Shown here piece after piece: positions 1-7,505 of a DNA stretch of 24,279 nucleotides. This DNA comes from a virus (taxonomy: Duplodnaviria; Heunggongvirae; Uroviricota; Caudoviricetes), in the IMG/VR virus record IMGVR_UViG_3300045988_060429. One strand, written 5' to 3'. The notes under the pieces are model-generated. The model saw only the letters and a program-made list of their open reading frames with translations, made no database searches and was not told where the DNA came from. Each line of letters opens with the position of its first letter. Positions within the stretch are counted from its first letter, which is position 1. A program made the position numbers and the translations under genes.

Positions 1-1
1 G

Positions 2-118
2 GGCTACCACACTGCAAGCGTCTATATGCCTAGCATTGATGCGCCAGGGCTAACCAGTTGGGCTGATGATTGGCACGGCATCACGCTGAAAGATGGCGTT
101 GAAGTGGATGAGGACTAA
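2..118 (+). CDS. 3' end of an upstream ORF (partial, hypothetical)
   Basis: Only frame open from the window edge to TAA at 116-118; it ends 3 bp before the next gene's start. Too short to assign a function. Confidence 0.3.
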   Translation, partial: GYHTASVYMPSIDAPGLTSWADDWHGITLKDGVEVDED

Positions 119-121
119 CAC

Positions 122-664
122 ATGACTACTTTTACCGACAAAGAACTGATTAAAGAAATCAGAGAGCGAATCGGCAGCCTGGACGTGCGAGACAATATTG
201 AGCGCCTGGCTTATGAAATCGCGCTGGCATCACTGGAAGCAGTATCGGATGAACGGGCAGCCTATGAATTATTTATGGAGAAGCGTTTCGGGGAATCTGT
301 AGATCGCCGCAGGGCAAAAAATGGCGATGGCGAATACATGGCATGGGATATGGCGATTGGCTGGATTATCTGGTGTCACCGCGCCGCCATGCCTCAGGCC
401 GGAAACTTTCGGGAAATCTCGGAAACGTCAACCTGCTCTCCGGTAATTCCGGCTGGCTGGATAAGCTGTAGTGAGCGAATGCCAGATGATGGTCAGCACG
501 TAATTATTTTATGTGATGGCGCATTCGTTCTTTATGCGCAATATCGAGACAGTGAGTTTTTTGATGTTGTCCGCAATGGTGAGGAGTTCTTCGAAACACA
601 GAGCCGCAATGTAACCCACTGGATGCGGCTACCGGAACCGCCGCAGGAGGTTAACCGTGGCTAA
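122..664 (+). CDS. DUF551-like phage protein
   Basis: ATG preceded by GAGGA. The C-terminal part (WISCSERMPDDG...THWMRLPEPP) matches the motif I remember for DUF551 proteins of lambdoid prophages. Family call is from memory. Confidence 0.6.
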   Translation: MTTFTDKELIKEIRERIGSLDVRDNIERLAYEIALASLEAVSDERAAYELFMEKRFGESVDRRRAKNGDGEYMAWDMAIGWIIWCHRAAMPQAGNFREISETSTCSPVIPAGWISCSERMPDDGQHVIILCDGAFVLYAQYRDSEFFDVVRNGEEFFETQSRNVTHWMRLPEPPQEVNRG

Positions 665-938
665 CCTGCAACTTGCCGTCAAAGGTGAATACTTCGATGC
701 CATGATTCGCGGAGAGAAAACGGAAGAGTATCGCCTGTGTAATAACTACTGGAATAAGCGCCTCGTTAACCGTAAGTATGACCGCCTGATTATCACAAAG
801 GGATATCCGAAGCGTGACGATTCCAGCCGCAGAATAGACGTCCCGTATGAAGGGTATGAAATCAAGACAATCACACATCCGCGCTTCGGAGATAAACCGG
901 TAAAGGTGTTCGCGATAAAGGTAAATATTGATGGCTAA
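657..938 (+). CDS. small ASCH/PUA-like (DUF3850-like) protein
   Basis: GTG start 6 nt after AGGAGG, overlapping the previous stop. N-terminus LAVKGEYFDAMIRGEKTEEYR resembles the ASCH-like signature. Tentative. Confidence 0.45.
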   Translation: MANLQLAVKGEYFDAMIRGEKTEEYRLCNNYWNKRLVNRKYDRLIITKGYPKRDDSSRRIDVPYEGYEIKTITHPRFGDKPVKVFAIKVNIDG

Positions 939-1269
939 ATCAGCAGCAGAGCGCAAAGCCGCTCAGAGAGCCAGACAAGCTGCATCTGGTGTGCGTAAAC
1001 TGGAGATTGTGCTTGATGCTCAGGAAATTGAAATGCTGGAGCGTAACTGTGCCACGCGTCGCCCCGGGCGTGCGCCTTACGAATTTGGTGAGTATATAGC
1101 GTTACTGATCCGCCAGGATGATGCACGCGTGCGCGGGCGTATAAAATCGATCAGCAGAAAATGTTGCGGTAAGTGCGGCGAGAGAGTTCCAGTTAATTCA
1201 TGCCCGTGTAATGGTGACTCGCAATGCTGGGTGACTAAAGGCTGGCATGAAACGAAATTAATAGTGTGA
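931..1269 (+). CDS. small basic Cys-rich (zinc-ribbon-like) protein, possible regulator
   Basis: ATG at 931 with AAGG upstream (the track's 928 start is TTG). Basic N-terminus and a C-terminal cluster KCCGKCGERVPVNSCPCNGDSQC. It is the last gene before the terminator and late operon. Confidence 0.45.
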   Translation: MAKSAAERKAAQRARQAASGVRKLEIVLDAQEIEMLERNCATRRPGRAPYEFGEYIALLIRQDDARVRGRIKSISRKCCGKCGERVPVNSCPCNGDSQCWVTKGWHETKLIV

Positions 1270-1277
1270 CATGTCAC
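1266..1277. repeat. perfect 12-bp palindrome GTGACATGTCAC, copy 1
   Basis: Exact string read at 1266-1277. It overlaps the TGA stop of the Cys-rich gene and lies about 40 bp before the terminator hairpin. Confidence 0.9.
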
Positions 1278-1318
1278 GAGTAGATTATGCATGATGAATT
1301 TGATGGGGTTTGAATACT

Positions 1319-1344
1319 GCCGCCAACTATGGCGGCTTTATTTT
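1319..1344 (+). terminator. rho-independent terminator upstream of the terminase genes
   Basis: Stem GCCGCCA / TGGCGGC with loop ACTA, followed by TTTATTTT. Confidence 0.6.
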
Positions 1345-1351
1345 GCATGGT

Positions 1352-1388
1352 ACTATTACCACAACGGTAACTATTACCACGGTGGTTA
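1352..1388. promoter_or_regulatory. direct repeat ACTATTACCAC x2 containing the dyad TTACC-ACAAC-GGTAA
   Basis: ACTATTACCAC at 1352-1362 and 1370-1380. TTACCACAACGGTAA at 1356-1370, with an imperfect second copy TTACCACGGTGGTTA at 1374-1388, directly upstream of the terS start. Confidence 0.5.
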
Positions 1389-1984
1389 TGATGCCTGCTG
1401 AACCTAAAACCTATAAACGCAAATCAACGCAATTTAAGCCACTAACAGCAATGCAGGAGGCTTATTGCCAGTCATACATCAAAACGCCTGAAAACCAGAC
1501 TCAGGCAGCGATTAACGCAGGATTCTCCCCAAATACAGCGGCAGTTAAAGCCAGTGTCATGATGCGCGATGAACGCATTCAAAAACGGATTGCCGAGTTG
1601 ATGGAGGAGCGCAACAAACGAATGCGCGTCAGTGCTGATTACGTTCTCATGCGCCTGGTGGAGATCGACCAGATGGACGTGATCGACATCCTCAACGACG
1701 ATGGGAGCCTTAAGCCAATCCGCGAGTGGCCGAAAATCTGGCGCACTACGCTTAGTGGCTTTGATCTGTCATCGACCATCATGAACATGAACGAGGATTC
1801 GATAGAGACAATCCTCAAAAAAATTAAATGGCCTGACAAGGTGAAGAACCTCGAACTGATTGGTAAGCACGTCGACGTCAACGCATTCAAAGAACGTCTG
1901 GATGTTAATGTGAATGTGACAATTGCTGATCGCATAGCAGCAGCCAGGAAGCGACTCAAAGAACGTCAGGATGGCAATCAGTGA
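1388..1984 (+). CDS. terminase small subunit
   Basis: Segment KPLTAMQEAYCQSYIKTPENQTQAAINAGFSPNTAAV matches the helix-turn-helix region typical of TerS. Start is ATG 1388 or 1391 (GGTGG upstream). The track's 1310 start would run through the terminator and repeats. Confidence 0.75.
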   Translation: MMPAEPKTYKRKSTQFKPLTAMQEAYCQSYIKTPENQTQAAINAGFSPNTAAVKASVMMRDERIQKRIAELMEERNKRMRVSADYVLMRLVEIDQMDVIDILNDDGSLKPIREWPKIWRTTLSGFDLSSTIMNMNEDSIETILKKIKWPDKVKNLELIGKHVDVNAFKERLDVNVNVTIADRIAAARKRLKERQDGNQ

Positions 1985-3456
1985 CAGATACAGCGTTATC
2001 TCCTGAAGAGCAGTTAATCGAGGATATTGCAGGGTTCACTCACGATCCGCTTGGCTATGCCCTCTATGCGTTCCCGTGGGGGGAAGAGGGGACTGAACTG
2101 GCACATGCTACTGGTCCAAGAAGCTGGCAGAGGTGGATGCTTGACACTGTTGGCAAGCACCTCAGAAATCCAGATACACGCCATCAGCCACTGATGATTG
2201 CAGTTTCTTCAGGCCACGGAATCGGGAAAAGCGCAGGTATCTCCATGTTGCTGAACTGGGGAATGTCCACTTGCGAAGACTGCAAAGCAGTAGTCACTGC
2301 CAACACTGAAAATCAGTTGCGCACCAAAACTTGGCCAGAAGTGATTAAGTGGGCAAACCTGTCCATCACGAAAGACTGGTTCTCGACCCCGGCAACAGCG
2401 ATGTACAGCAATGATCCGGGGCACGATAAGCGCTGGCGCGCTGATGCTATACCGTGGTCTGAGCATAACACCGAGGCATTCGCCGGGCTGCACAACGAGC
2501 GTAAGCGGATTATCGTGGTATTCGACGAAGCGTCTAATATTGCTGATAAGGTTTGGGAGGTTGCCGAAGGTGCGCTTACTGACGAAGACACCGAAATCAT
2601 TTGGGTAGCGTTCGGAAACCCGACTCGTAACACCGGGCGATTCCGTGAATGTTTCCGCAAATACAAACACCGCTGGGTCACAAAGCAGATCGATAGCCGA
2701 ACCGTAGAGGGAACCAACAAAGAGCAGATCCAAAAATGGATTGAAGACCACGGTGAGGATAGCGACTTCGTTAAAATCCGTGTGCGCGGCATATTCCCTG
2801 ATGCATCTGAATTGCAGTTTATCCCTACCGGTCTTACTGACGAGGCAATGAAACGGGTGGTAACTGCTGCGCAGGTGGCACATGCTCCGGTGATAATCGG
2901 TGTTGACCCGGCATATTCAGGCGTTGATGACGCGGTGATATACCTGCGGCAGGGGCTACACAGTAAGGTGCTATGGACTGGTAACAAGACCACCGACGAT
3001 CTGATTATGGCGAAGCGTATCGCTGACTTTGAAGACCAGTATCAGGCTGACGCGGTGTTCATCGACTTCGGTTACGGAACCGGGCTGAAGTCAATCGGTG
3101 ACGGCTGGGGGCGCACATGGCAACTTGTTCCGTTCGGTGGCGCGTCTACTGACCCGCAGATGCTCAACAAGCGTGGGGAGATGTTCAACTCATGCAAGAC
3201 ATGGCTGAGGCTGGGCGGCATGCTGGATGACCAGGAAACAGCGGACGATCTGTCGGCGGCAGAGTACAAAGTTCGAGTGGACGGTAAAATCGTTATCGAA
3301 CCGAAGGAAGATATCAAGGAGCGGCTTGGGCGTTCTCCGGGGAAAGGCGATGCGTTATTGCTGACGTTTGCTTTCCCTGTGTCGAAACGCCTGCGAATTC
3401 CCGGGCAGCAGAACCAGCAAGGCAAGGCCATCACAGATTACGATCCCTATGCTTAA
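1981..3456 (+). CDS. terminase large subunit
   Basis: 491 aa, GTG start overlapping the terS stop (GTGA). Walker-A-like SSGHGIGKSAG near the N-terminus. Position after terS. Confidence 0.85.
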   Translation: MTDTALSPEEQLIEDIAGFTHDPLGYALYAFPWGEEGTELAHATGPRSWQRWMLDTVGKHLRNPDTRHQPLMIAVSSGHGIGKSAGISMLLNWGMSTCEDCKAVVTANTENQLRTKTWPEVIKWANLSITKDWFSTPATAMYSNDPGHDKRWRADAIPWSEHNTEAFAGLHNERKRIIVVFDEASNIADKVWEVAEGALTDEDTEIIWVAFGNPTRNTGRFRECFRKYKHRWVTKQIDSRTVEGTNKEQIQKWIEDHGEDSDFVKIRVRGIFPDASELQFIPTGLTDEAMKRVVTAAQVAHAPVIIGVDPAYSGVDDAVIYLRQGLHSKVLWTGNKTTDDLIMAKRIADFEDQYQADAVFIDFGYGTGLKSIGDGWGRTWQLVPFGGASTDPQMLNKRGEMFNSCKTWLRLGGMLDDQETADDLSAAEYKVRVDGKIVIEPKEDIKERLGRSPGKGDALLLTFAFPVSKRLRIPGQQNQQGKAITDYDPYA

Positions 3457-3495
3457 TCCGCTGGTGGGGATAATGTCGTTGATATCCTCTGGTGA

Positions 3496-3530
3496 GGATA
3501 AAACAAAGCCAGCTCATCGGCTGGCTGTTT
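3496..3530. terminator. hairpin terminator between convergent terL and the minus-strand gene
   Basis: Stem AGCCAGC / GCTGGCT (3507-3526). The minus-strand side has a T-rich run (TTGTTTTATCC); the plus-strand side has only GTTT. Confidence 0.55.
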
Positions 3531-3542
3531 GTGACATGTCAC
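3531..3542. repeat. perfect 12-bp palindrome GTGACATGTCAC, copy 2
   Basis: Exact string at 3531-3542, 4 bp from the terminator stem and 5 bp from the stop of the minus-strand gene. Confidence 0.9.
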
Positions 3543-3546
3543 GGTG

Positions 3547-3903
3547 TTATTGCTCGCTTAACTTCTGCTTCAGCAAGTAACCTTCGAGCATCCAGATTTT
3601 GTTTACAGCATTCTGCCGGGCAATCTTCCGACCAATTTCTGCATCAAAATTTTCCGGACTTGCACAGGCACTCTCTCCGGTGACGGTGAAGCCATTCTTC
3701 AGTACCAATACGCAGAAAGTCAGGAGGTCTGTAGATTTATGCGCTGTCCATGAATCGCCAACGCCCATATTGGCAGCACGAATGCCGTCATAAGCAGTAA
3801 AGAAATGCTCTTCAAGAATGATGCTTTCGATATATTGAGGCGTAACTCGCGGAGCGGTTTTGCCTTTCTCAACGATTTCTTTTTCGATTTGCTGGTCGTT
3901 CAT
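3547..3903 (-). CDS. conserved phage hypothetical protein (118 aa)
   Basis: ATG preceded by AAGGTGAG. Compact protein with a terminator downstream. It feels like a widespread small enterophage family but I cannot name it reliably. Confidence 0.55.
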   Translation of the reverse strand: MNDQQIEKEIVEKGKTAPRVTPQYIESIILEEHFFTAYDGIRAANMGVGDSWTAHKSTDLLTFCVLVLKNGFTVTGESACASPENFDAEIGRKIARQNAVNKIWMLEGYLLKQKLSEQ

Positions 3904-3913
3904 AATCTCACCT

Positions 3914-3938
3914 TAAAAAAATGCCCGGCGAACCGGGC
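3914..3938 (-). terminator. rho-independent terminator/attenuator just upstream of the 118-aa gene
   Basis: On the minus strand: stem GCCCGG / CCGGGC with loop TTCG, then ATTTTTTT. The SD and ATG of the 118-aa gene follow immediately. Confidence 0.5.
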
Positions 3939-4012
3939 GAACTGGAAGCAATGAGTTATGCCTTCCGTGGCTGTACTGGTTTACAGCATGAAGTCATCGC
4001 AATGGCGTCCTG

Positions 4013-4058
4013 CTGTAAAAAGGGCGGTGATAGTCCTTCAAGGGAAACCATCACCGCC
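4013..4058 (-). terminator. terminator-like hairpin downstream of the tRNA
   Basis: On the minus strand: 9-bp stem GGCGGTGAT / ATCACCGCC with an 18-nt loop, followed by CTTTTTAC. Confidence 0.4.
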
Positions 4059-4101
4059 AAGCCCCTGGAACTTCTGGCATCACGGTCCTTAGGCGTGATT
4101 C

Positions 4102-4178
4102 TGGCGTGGCATGCAGGATTCGAACCTGCGACCAACCGCTTAGAAGGCGGTTGCTCTGTCCAACTGAGCTAATGCCAC
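4102..4178 (-). tRNA. tRNA-Arg, anticodon UCU (argU-like)
   Basis: Reverse complement folds by hand into a cloverleaf: acceptor GTGGCAT / ATGCCAC, D-stem GCTC / GAGC, anticodon stem ACCGC / GCGGT with loop CTTCTAA (U33, anticodon TCT, A37), T-arm GCAGG-TTCGAAT-CCTGC, discriminator G and encoded CCA. Confidence 0.85.
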
Positions 4179-4500
4179 AACGCTGAGAGCACTTAGCCTG
4201 TTAAGGCGCCACACTTTGTCGCGGCTCCATAAATGCTCTCATCGTTGTACCCTCGTCTCTTCCGAGGAGTCACACCGAATCGCCGGGATGGTGAATCCCC
4301 GTGCGCGGAATAAAACCGCTCGACTTGCACATTCCGGCTACCTGGTTCGTTTGCCCGAGCAAGGGAGGGTGCCCCTTAAACGTATCCAGACCGCTATCGG
4401 CGCATGTGCCATACGCCGTACTGCTCAAAATAAAAGCTAACTCCACCTGTTCAATTTAACGACAAGCCAGTCAGGTTAGTAACCGGAATGAACTCTTTGG

Positions 4501-4515
4501 TTACCTGAAAGGTAA
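4501..4515. promoter_or_regulatory. dyad TTACC-TGAAA-GGTAA upstream of the portal operon
   Basis: Exact 15-mer, identical to the copy at 23269-23283. The shared block extends to TTACCTGAAAGGTAATA, and CATATGTGGTT follows in both places. Confidence 0.5.
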
Positions 4516-4605
4516 TAATTTGTGCGTTAAATGTCAACTACCTACGATAAATAAATCATATGTGGTTAAATTGGTAATAATTTAATTGCGTACGGAGTCA
4601 TTGAT

Positions 4606-4812
4606 ATGTGCATGGGTAGCTCACCATCAGTGCCTGCAACACCAGAAGTTCAGGCAGCACCACAGGAGCAGGATGCCGCCGTTGTTGATGCCCGCGACGA
4701 AGAAACTCGTCGCCGTCGCGCTGCTGCTGGTCGTAGTTCTACGCTGCTTACCGGTTCTCAGGGCGACACATCAACCGCTAATACCAGCGGTAAAACGCTG
4801 CTTGGTCAGTAA
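4606..4812 (+). CDS. hypothetical small protein (68 aa, low complexity)
   Basis: Its initiation region CGGAGTCATTGATATG is nearly identical to that of the portal gene (CGGAGTCATTGAAATG), which favours this frame over the overlapping 4586-4825 ORF. Confidence 0.4.
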   Translation: MCMGSSPSVPATPEVQAAPQEQDAAVVDARDEETRRRRAAAGRSSTLLTGSQGDTSTANTSGKTLLGQ

Positions 4813-4826
4813 CCGGAGTCATTGAA

Positions 4827-5138
4827 ATGGCGGAAACAACTAAAGAGCGATTGAACAAACAGTTCGCACAACTTGAAAGCGAGCGTCAGTCGTTCGAGCC
4901 GCACTGGCGCGAGTTGAGTGATTACATCAACCCGCGTGGTTCCCGCTTTCTGACTTCTGAGGTCAACCGTAACGATCGACGCAATACACGCATTATTGAT
5001 TCGACCGGGACTATGGCGGCGCGCACTCTCGCCAGCGGCATGATGTCAGGCATCACAAGCCCCGCGCGTCCGTGGTTTCGCCTGGCTACGCCAGATCCTG
5101 AAATGATGGATTATGGCCCTGTTAAGTTGTGGCTTTAG
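4827..5138 (+). CDS. portal/head-tail connector protein, N-terminal segment ending at an in-frame TAG
   Basis: Same frame as 5154-6506. Reading through TAG at 5136-5138 gives one protein of about 559 aa. Confidence 0.6.
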   Translation: MAETTKERLNKQFAQLESERQSFEPHWRELSDYINPRGSRFLTSEVNRNDRRNTRIIDSTGTMAARTLASGMMSGITSPARPWFRLATPDPEMMDYGPVKLWL

Positions 5139-5153
5139 GCGGGGCAGAACCGC

Positions 5154-6506
5154 ATGAACGATATGTTCAATAAGTCGAATCTCTACCAGTCTCTTCCGCA
5201 GTTATACGGAAGCCTCGGCACATACAGCACTGGTGCAATGGCGGTGCTGGAGGATGACGAGGACATCATTCGCACAATGCCATTCCCGATAGGCAGTTAC
5301 TACCTGGCTAACTCACCTCGTGGCAGTGTGGACACCTGTTTTCGCAAGTTCTCTATGACTGTTCGTCAGCTTGTTCAGGAGTTCGGGCTAAATAACGTCA
5401 GCGAATCCGTAAAAAGCATGTGGGAAAGCGGCACCTACGAGAAGTGGATTGAAGTGATGCATTCGGTTTACCCGAACATTGACCGCGATACATCGAAGCT
5501 GGATAGCAAGAACAAGCCATTCAAATCGGTTTATTACGAGGTTGGTGGCGATAACGACAAGTTGTTGCGTGAGTCCGGATTCGATGAGTTTCCAATTATG
5601 GCTCCGCGCTGGGAAGTTAACGGCGAAGATGTTTATGGATCATCATGCCCGGGTATGCTGGCGCTTGGATCTGTTAAGGCATTGCAGCTTCTTCAGAAGC
5701 GCAAGTCGCAGTTGATTGATAAAGCCACCAATCCGCCGATGGTTGCTCCGACTTCCCTCAAGAATCAGCGTGCCTCCCTTCTTCCTGGCGACATCACGTA
5801 TATCGATCAGATTACTGGTCAGGATGGTTTCAGGCCTGCTTATCTGGTTAACCCCAGTACAGCAGATTTGGTGGCAGACATTCAGGACACTCGTCAAATC
5901 ATTAACAGCGCCTACTTTGTCGATCTGTTCATGATGTTGCAGAACATCAATACCCGCTCGATGCCTGTTGAAGCGGTGATCGAAATGAAAGAAGAAAAAC
6001 TTCTGATGTTGGGGCCGGTTCTGGAGCGTCTGAACGACGAATGTCTTAATCCTCTCATTGACCGCTCTTTCTCGATGATGGTGCGTAAAAACATGCTGCC
6101 GCCACCGCCAGACGTGATGGAAGGTATGCCCCTGAAGGTCGAATACATTTCCGTCATGGCTCAGGCGCAGAAGTCTATCGGCCTGTCCAGTCTGGCGTCC
6201 ACGGTTAACTTCATTGGTCAACTTGTGCAAGCGAAACCAGAAGCTATCGACAAACTCAACGTTGATCAGGCGATCGATGCATTCGCTGATATGTCCGGAG
6301 TGTCTCCAACCGTCATTGTTCCGCAGGAACAGGTTGAGCAGGCTCGCCAGCAACGGGCACAGCAACAACAGCAGCAACAAATGATGGCGATGGGGATGGC
6401 GGCGGCACAGGCTGCCAAGACGCTAAGCGAAGCTAAAACTTCGGATCCGAGTGTTTTGTCAGCTATGGCGAATGCAGTTAGTGGTCAGGGTGGGCAATCA
6501 CAATGA
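5154..6506 (+). CDS. portal/head-tail connector protein, C-terminal segment
   Basis: The Q/A/M-rich C-terminal tail (QARQQRAQQQQQQQMMAMGMAAAQAA) strongly resembles the tail of T7 gp8 as I remember it. Lies between terminase and scaffold. Confidence 0.7.
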   Translation: MNDMFNKSNLYQSLPQLYGSLGTYSTGAMAVLEDDEDIIRTMPFPIGSYYLANSPRGSVDTCFRKFSMTVRQLVQEFGLNNVSESVKSMWESGTYEKWIEVMHSVYPNIDRDTSKLDSKNKPFKSVYYEVGGDNDKLLRESGFDEFPIMAPRWEVNGEDVYGSSCPGMLALGSVKALQLLQKRKSQLIDKATNPPMVAPTSLKNQRASLLPGDITYIDQITGQDGFRPAYLVNPSTADLVADIQDTRQIINSAYFVDLFMMLQNINTRSMPVEAVIEMKEEKLLMLGPVLERLNDECLNPLIDRSFSMMVRKNMLPPPPDVMEGMPLKVEYISVMAQAQKSIGLSSLASTVNFIGQLVQAKPEAIDKLNVDQAIDAFADMSGVSPTVIVPQEQVEQARQQRAQQQQQQQMMAMGMAAAQAAKTLSEAKTSDPSVLSAMANAVSGQGGQSQ

Positions 6507-6799
6507 CAGATTACGAAGACGATCAACTGAAAGAAGAAAACGCCCGTAAGCAACGTGACATGGCGCAGCGTGAAATTGATGACATTCGCTTTGTCATGAG
6601 CAGTGAACAGGGGCGTCGCGTTGTCTGGTCGGTGCTGGAGAAAGGCCGTGTGTTTTCCGCTATCTCACCGATGGACGCTATGGCAATGGCATTTAATGAG
6701 GGGCAACGCAATCTGGCGCTGGAACTGTTTCAGCGCGTTATGGCGCATTGCCCTGAACAGTATTTGAAGATGGCCAAAGAGGCCAGTGAACAGGAGTGA
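6503..6799 (+). CDS. hypothetical small head-module protein (98 aa)
   Basis: ATGA overlap with the portal stop, so probably translationally coupled. Confidence 0.55.
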   Translation: MTDYEDDQLKEENARKQRDMAQREIDDIRFVMSSEQGRRVVWSVLEKGRVFSAISPMDAMAMAFNEGQRNLALELFQRVMAHCPEQYLKMAKEASEQE

Positions 6800-6801
6800 T
6801 C

Positions 6802-7497
6802 ATGAATTTATTTGAGCGTTTGCTGTATCGCCGTCTTTGCAATGAGCAACCAGTCGATGGTGGAGCAGCTCCGGCTGCGTCAGAACCATCAGCGCCTGCA
6901 GGTGATAACCATGCTCCAGTTGGTGATCCATCACAACAGGAAGGTGATAAGCCACAACCTGTTGCTGATGGCGATAAACCTGCTGATGACAAAAAGCCTG
7001 AAAACGATAAGCAGGATGAAAAAAAGGACGGCAATAAACCAGAGGGTGCGCCTGAGAAGTACGAGTTTCAGGCTGCCGAAGGCGTAGAGCTGGATACAGA
7101 AGCGTTGAAGGAATTCGAGCCTGTGGCGCGAGAACTTAACCTGACCAACGAGCAAGCGCAAAAGCTGGTTGATGCTTATCCGAAGATTCTGGCAGGTGTG
7201 CAGCAGCGCCAGGCAGAAGCCTGGCAGAAAACAACCGAGCAGTGGGCTGCTGATGTAAAAGCTGACAAAGAAATCGGTGGCGACAAGTTGATTTCTAACC
7301 TTAGCGCCGCACAGCGTGCGCTTGACCAGTTCGGGACACCTGAACTCAAAGAATATCTGAACACCACCGGGCTGGGTAATCACCCTGATCTGGTCAAAAC
7401 GTTCGTGAAAATCGGAAAGGCGATGTCTGAAGATGGCATGGTCACCGGTGGTAATGAAGGCCAGCGTAGTGCGGCCGAAGTGCTCTATGGCAAATAA
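6802..7497 (+). CDS. scaffolding protein (putative)
   Basis: ATG at 6802 after AGGAG. Acidic, Pro/Ala-rich low-complexity N-terminal half and helical C-terminal half, immediately upstream of the capsid gene. Confidence 0.55.
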   Translation: MNLFERLLYRRLCNEQPVDGGAAPAASEPSAPAGDNHAPVGDPSQQEGDKPQPVADGDKPADDKKPENDKQDEKKDGNKPEGAPEKYEFQAAEGVELDTEALKEFEPVARELNLTNEQAQKLVDAYPKILAGVQQRQAEAWQKTTEQWAADVKADKEIGGDKLISNLSAAQRALDQFGTPELKEYLNTTGLGNHPDLVKTFVKIGKAMSEDGMVTGGNEGQRSAAEVLYGK

Positions 7498-7505
7498 GAG
7501 AGGAA

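Noticed and set aside
1310-1387. N-terminal extension of terS from the ORF-track start at 1310
   Set aside because: It would be translated through the terminator hairpin and the ACTATTACCAC repeats (giving TITTTVTITT) and has no SD. ATG 1388/1391 leaves a normal TerS N-terminus.
2209-2993. 224-aa and 226-aa minus-strand ORFs inside terL
   Set aside because: Antisense to a well-supported terminase gene with Walker A motif; no SD.
3921-4172. 83-aa plus-strand ORF
   Set aside because: It is antisense to the tRNA and its terminators.
4102-4178. Possibility that the tRNA is an amber suppressor for the TAG in the portal gene
   Set aside because: The hand-folded anticodon loop is CTTCTAA with anticodon UCU at positions 34-36, which reads AGA/AGG (Arg). 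CUA occurs only out of register.
4216-4440. 74-aa plus-strand ORF between the tRNA and the portal operon
   Set aside because: TTG start with no SD, Arg-rich low-complexity product, in a GC-rich structured region that is more likely non-coding.
4586-4825. 79-aa ORF overlapping the 68-aa ORF in another frame
   Set aside because: No SD at its start; the 4606 frame has the portal-like initiation region.
5643-6380. 245-aa minus-strand ORF inside the portal gene
   Set aside because: Antisense shadow ORF; its poly-Leu start mirrors the poly-Gln tail of the portal.
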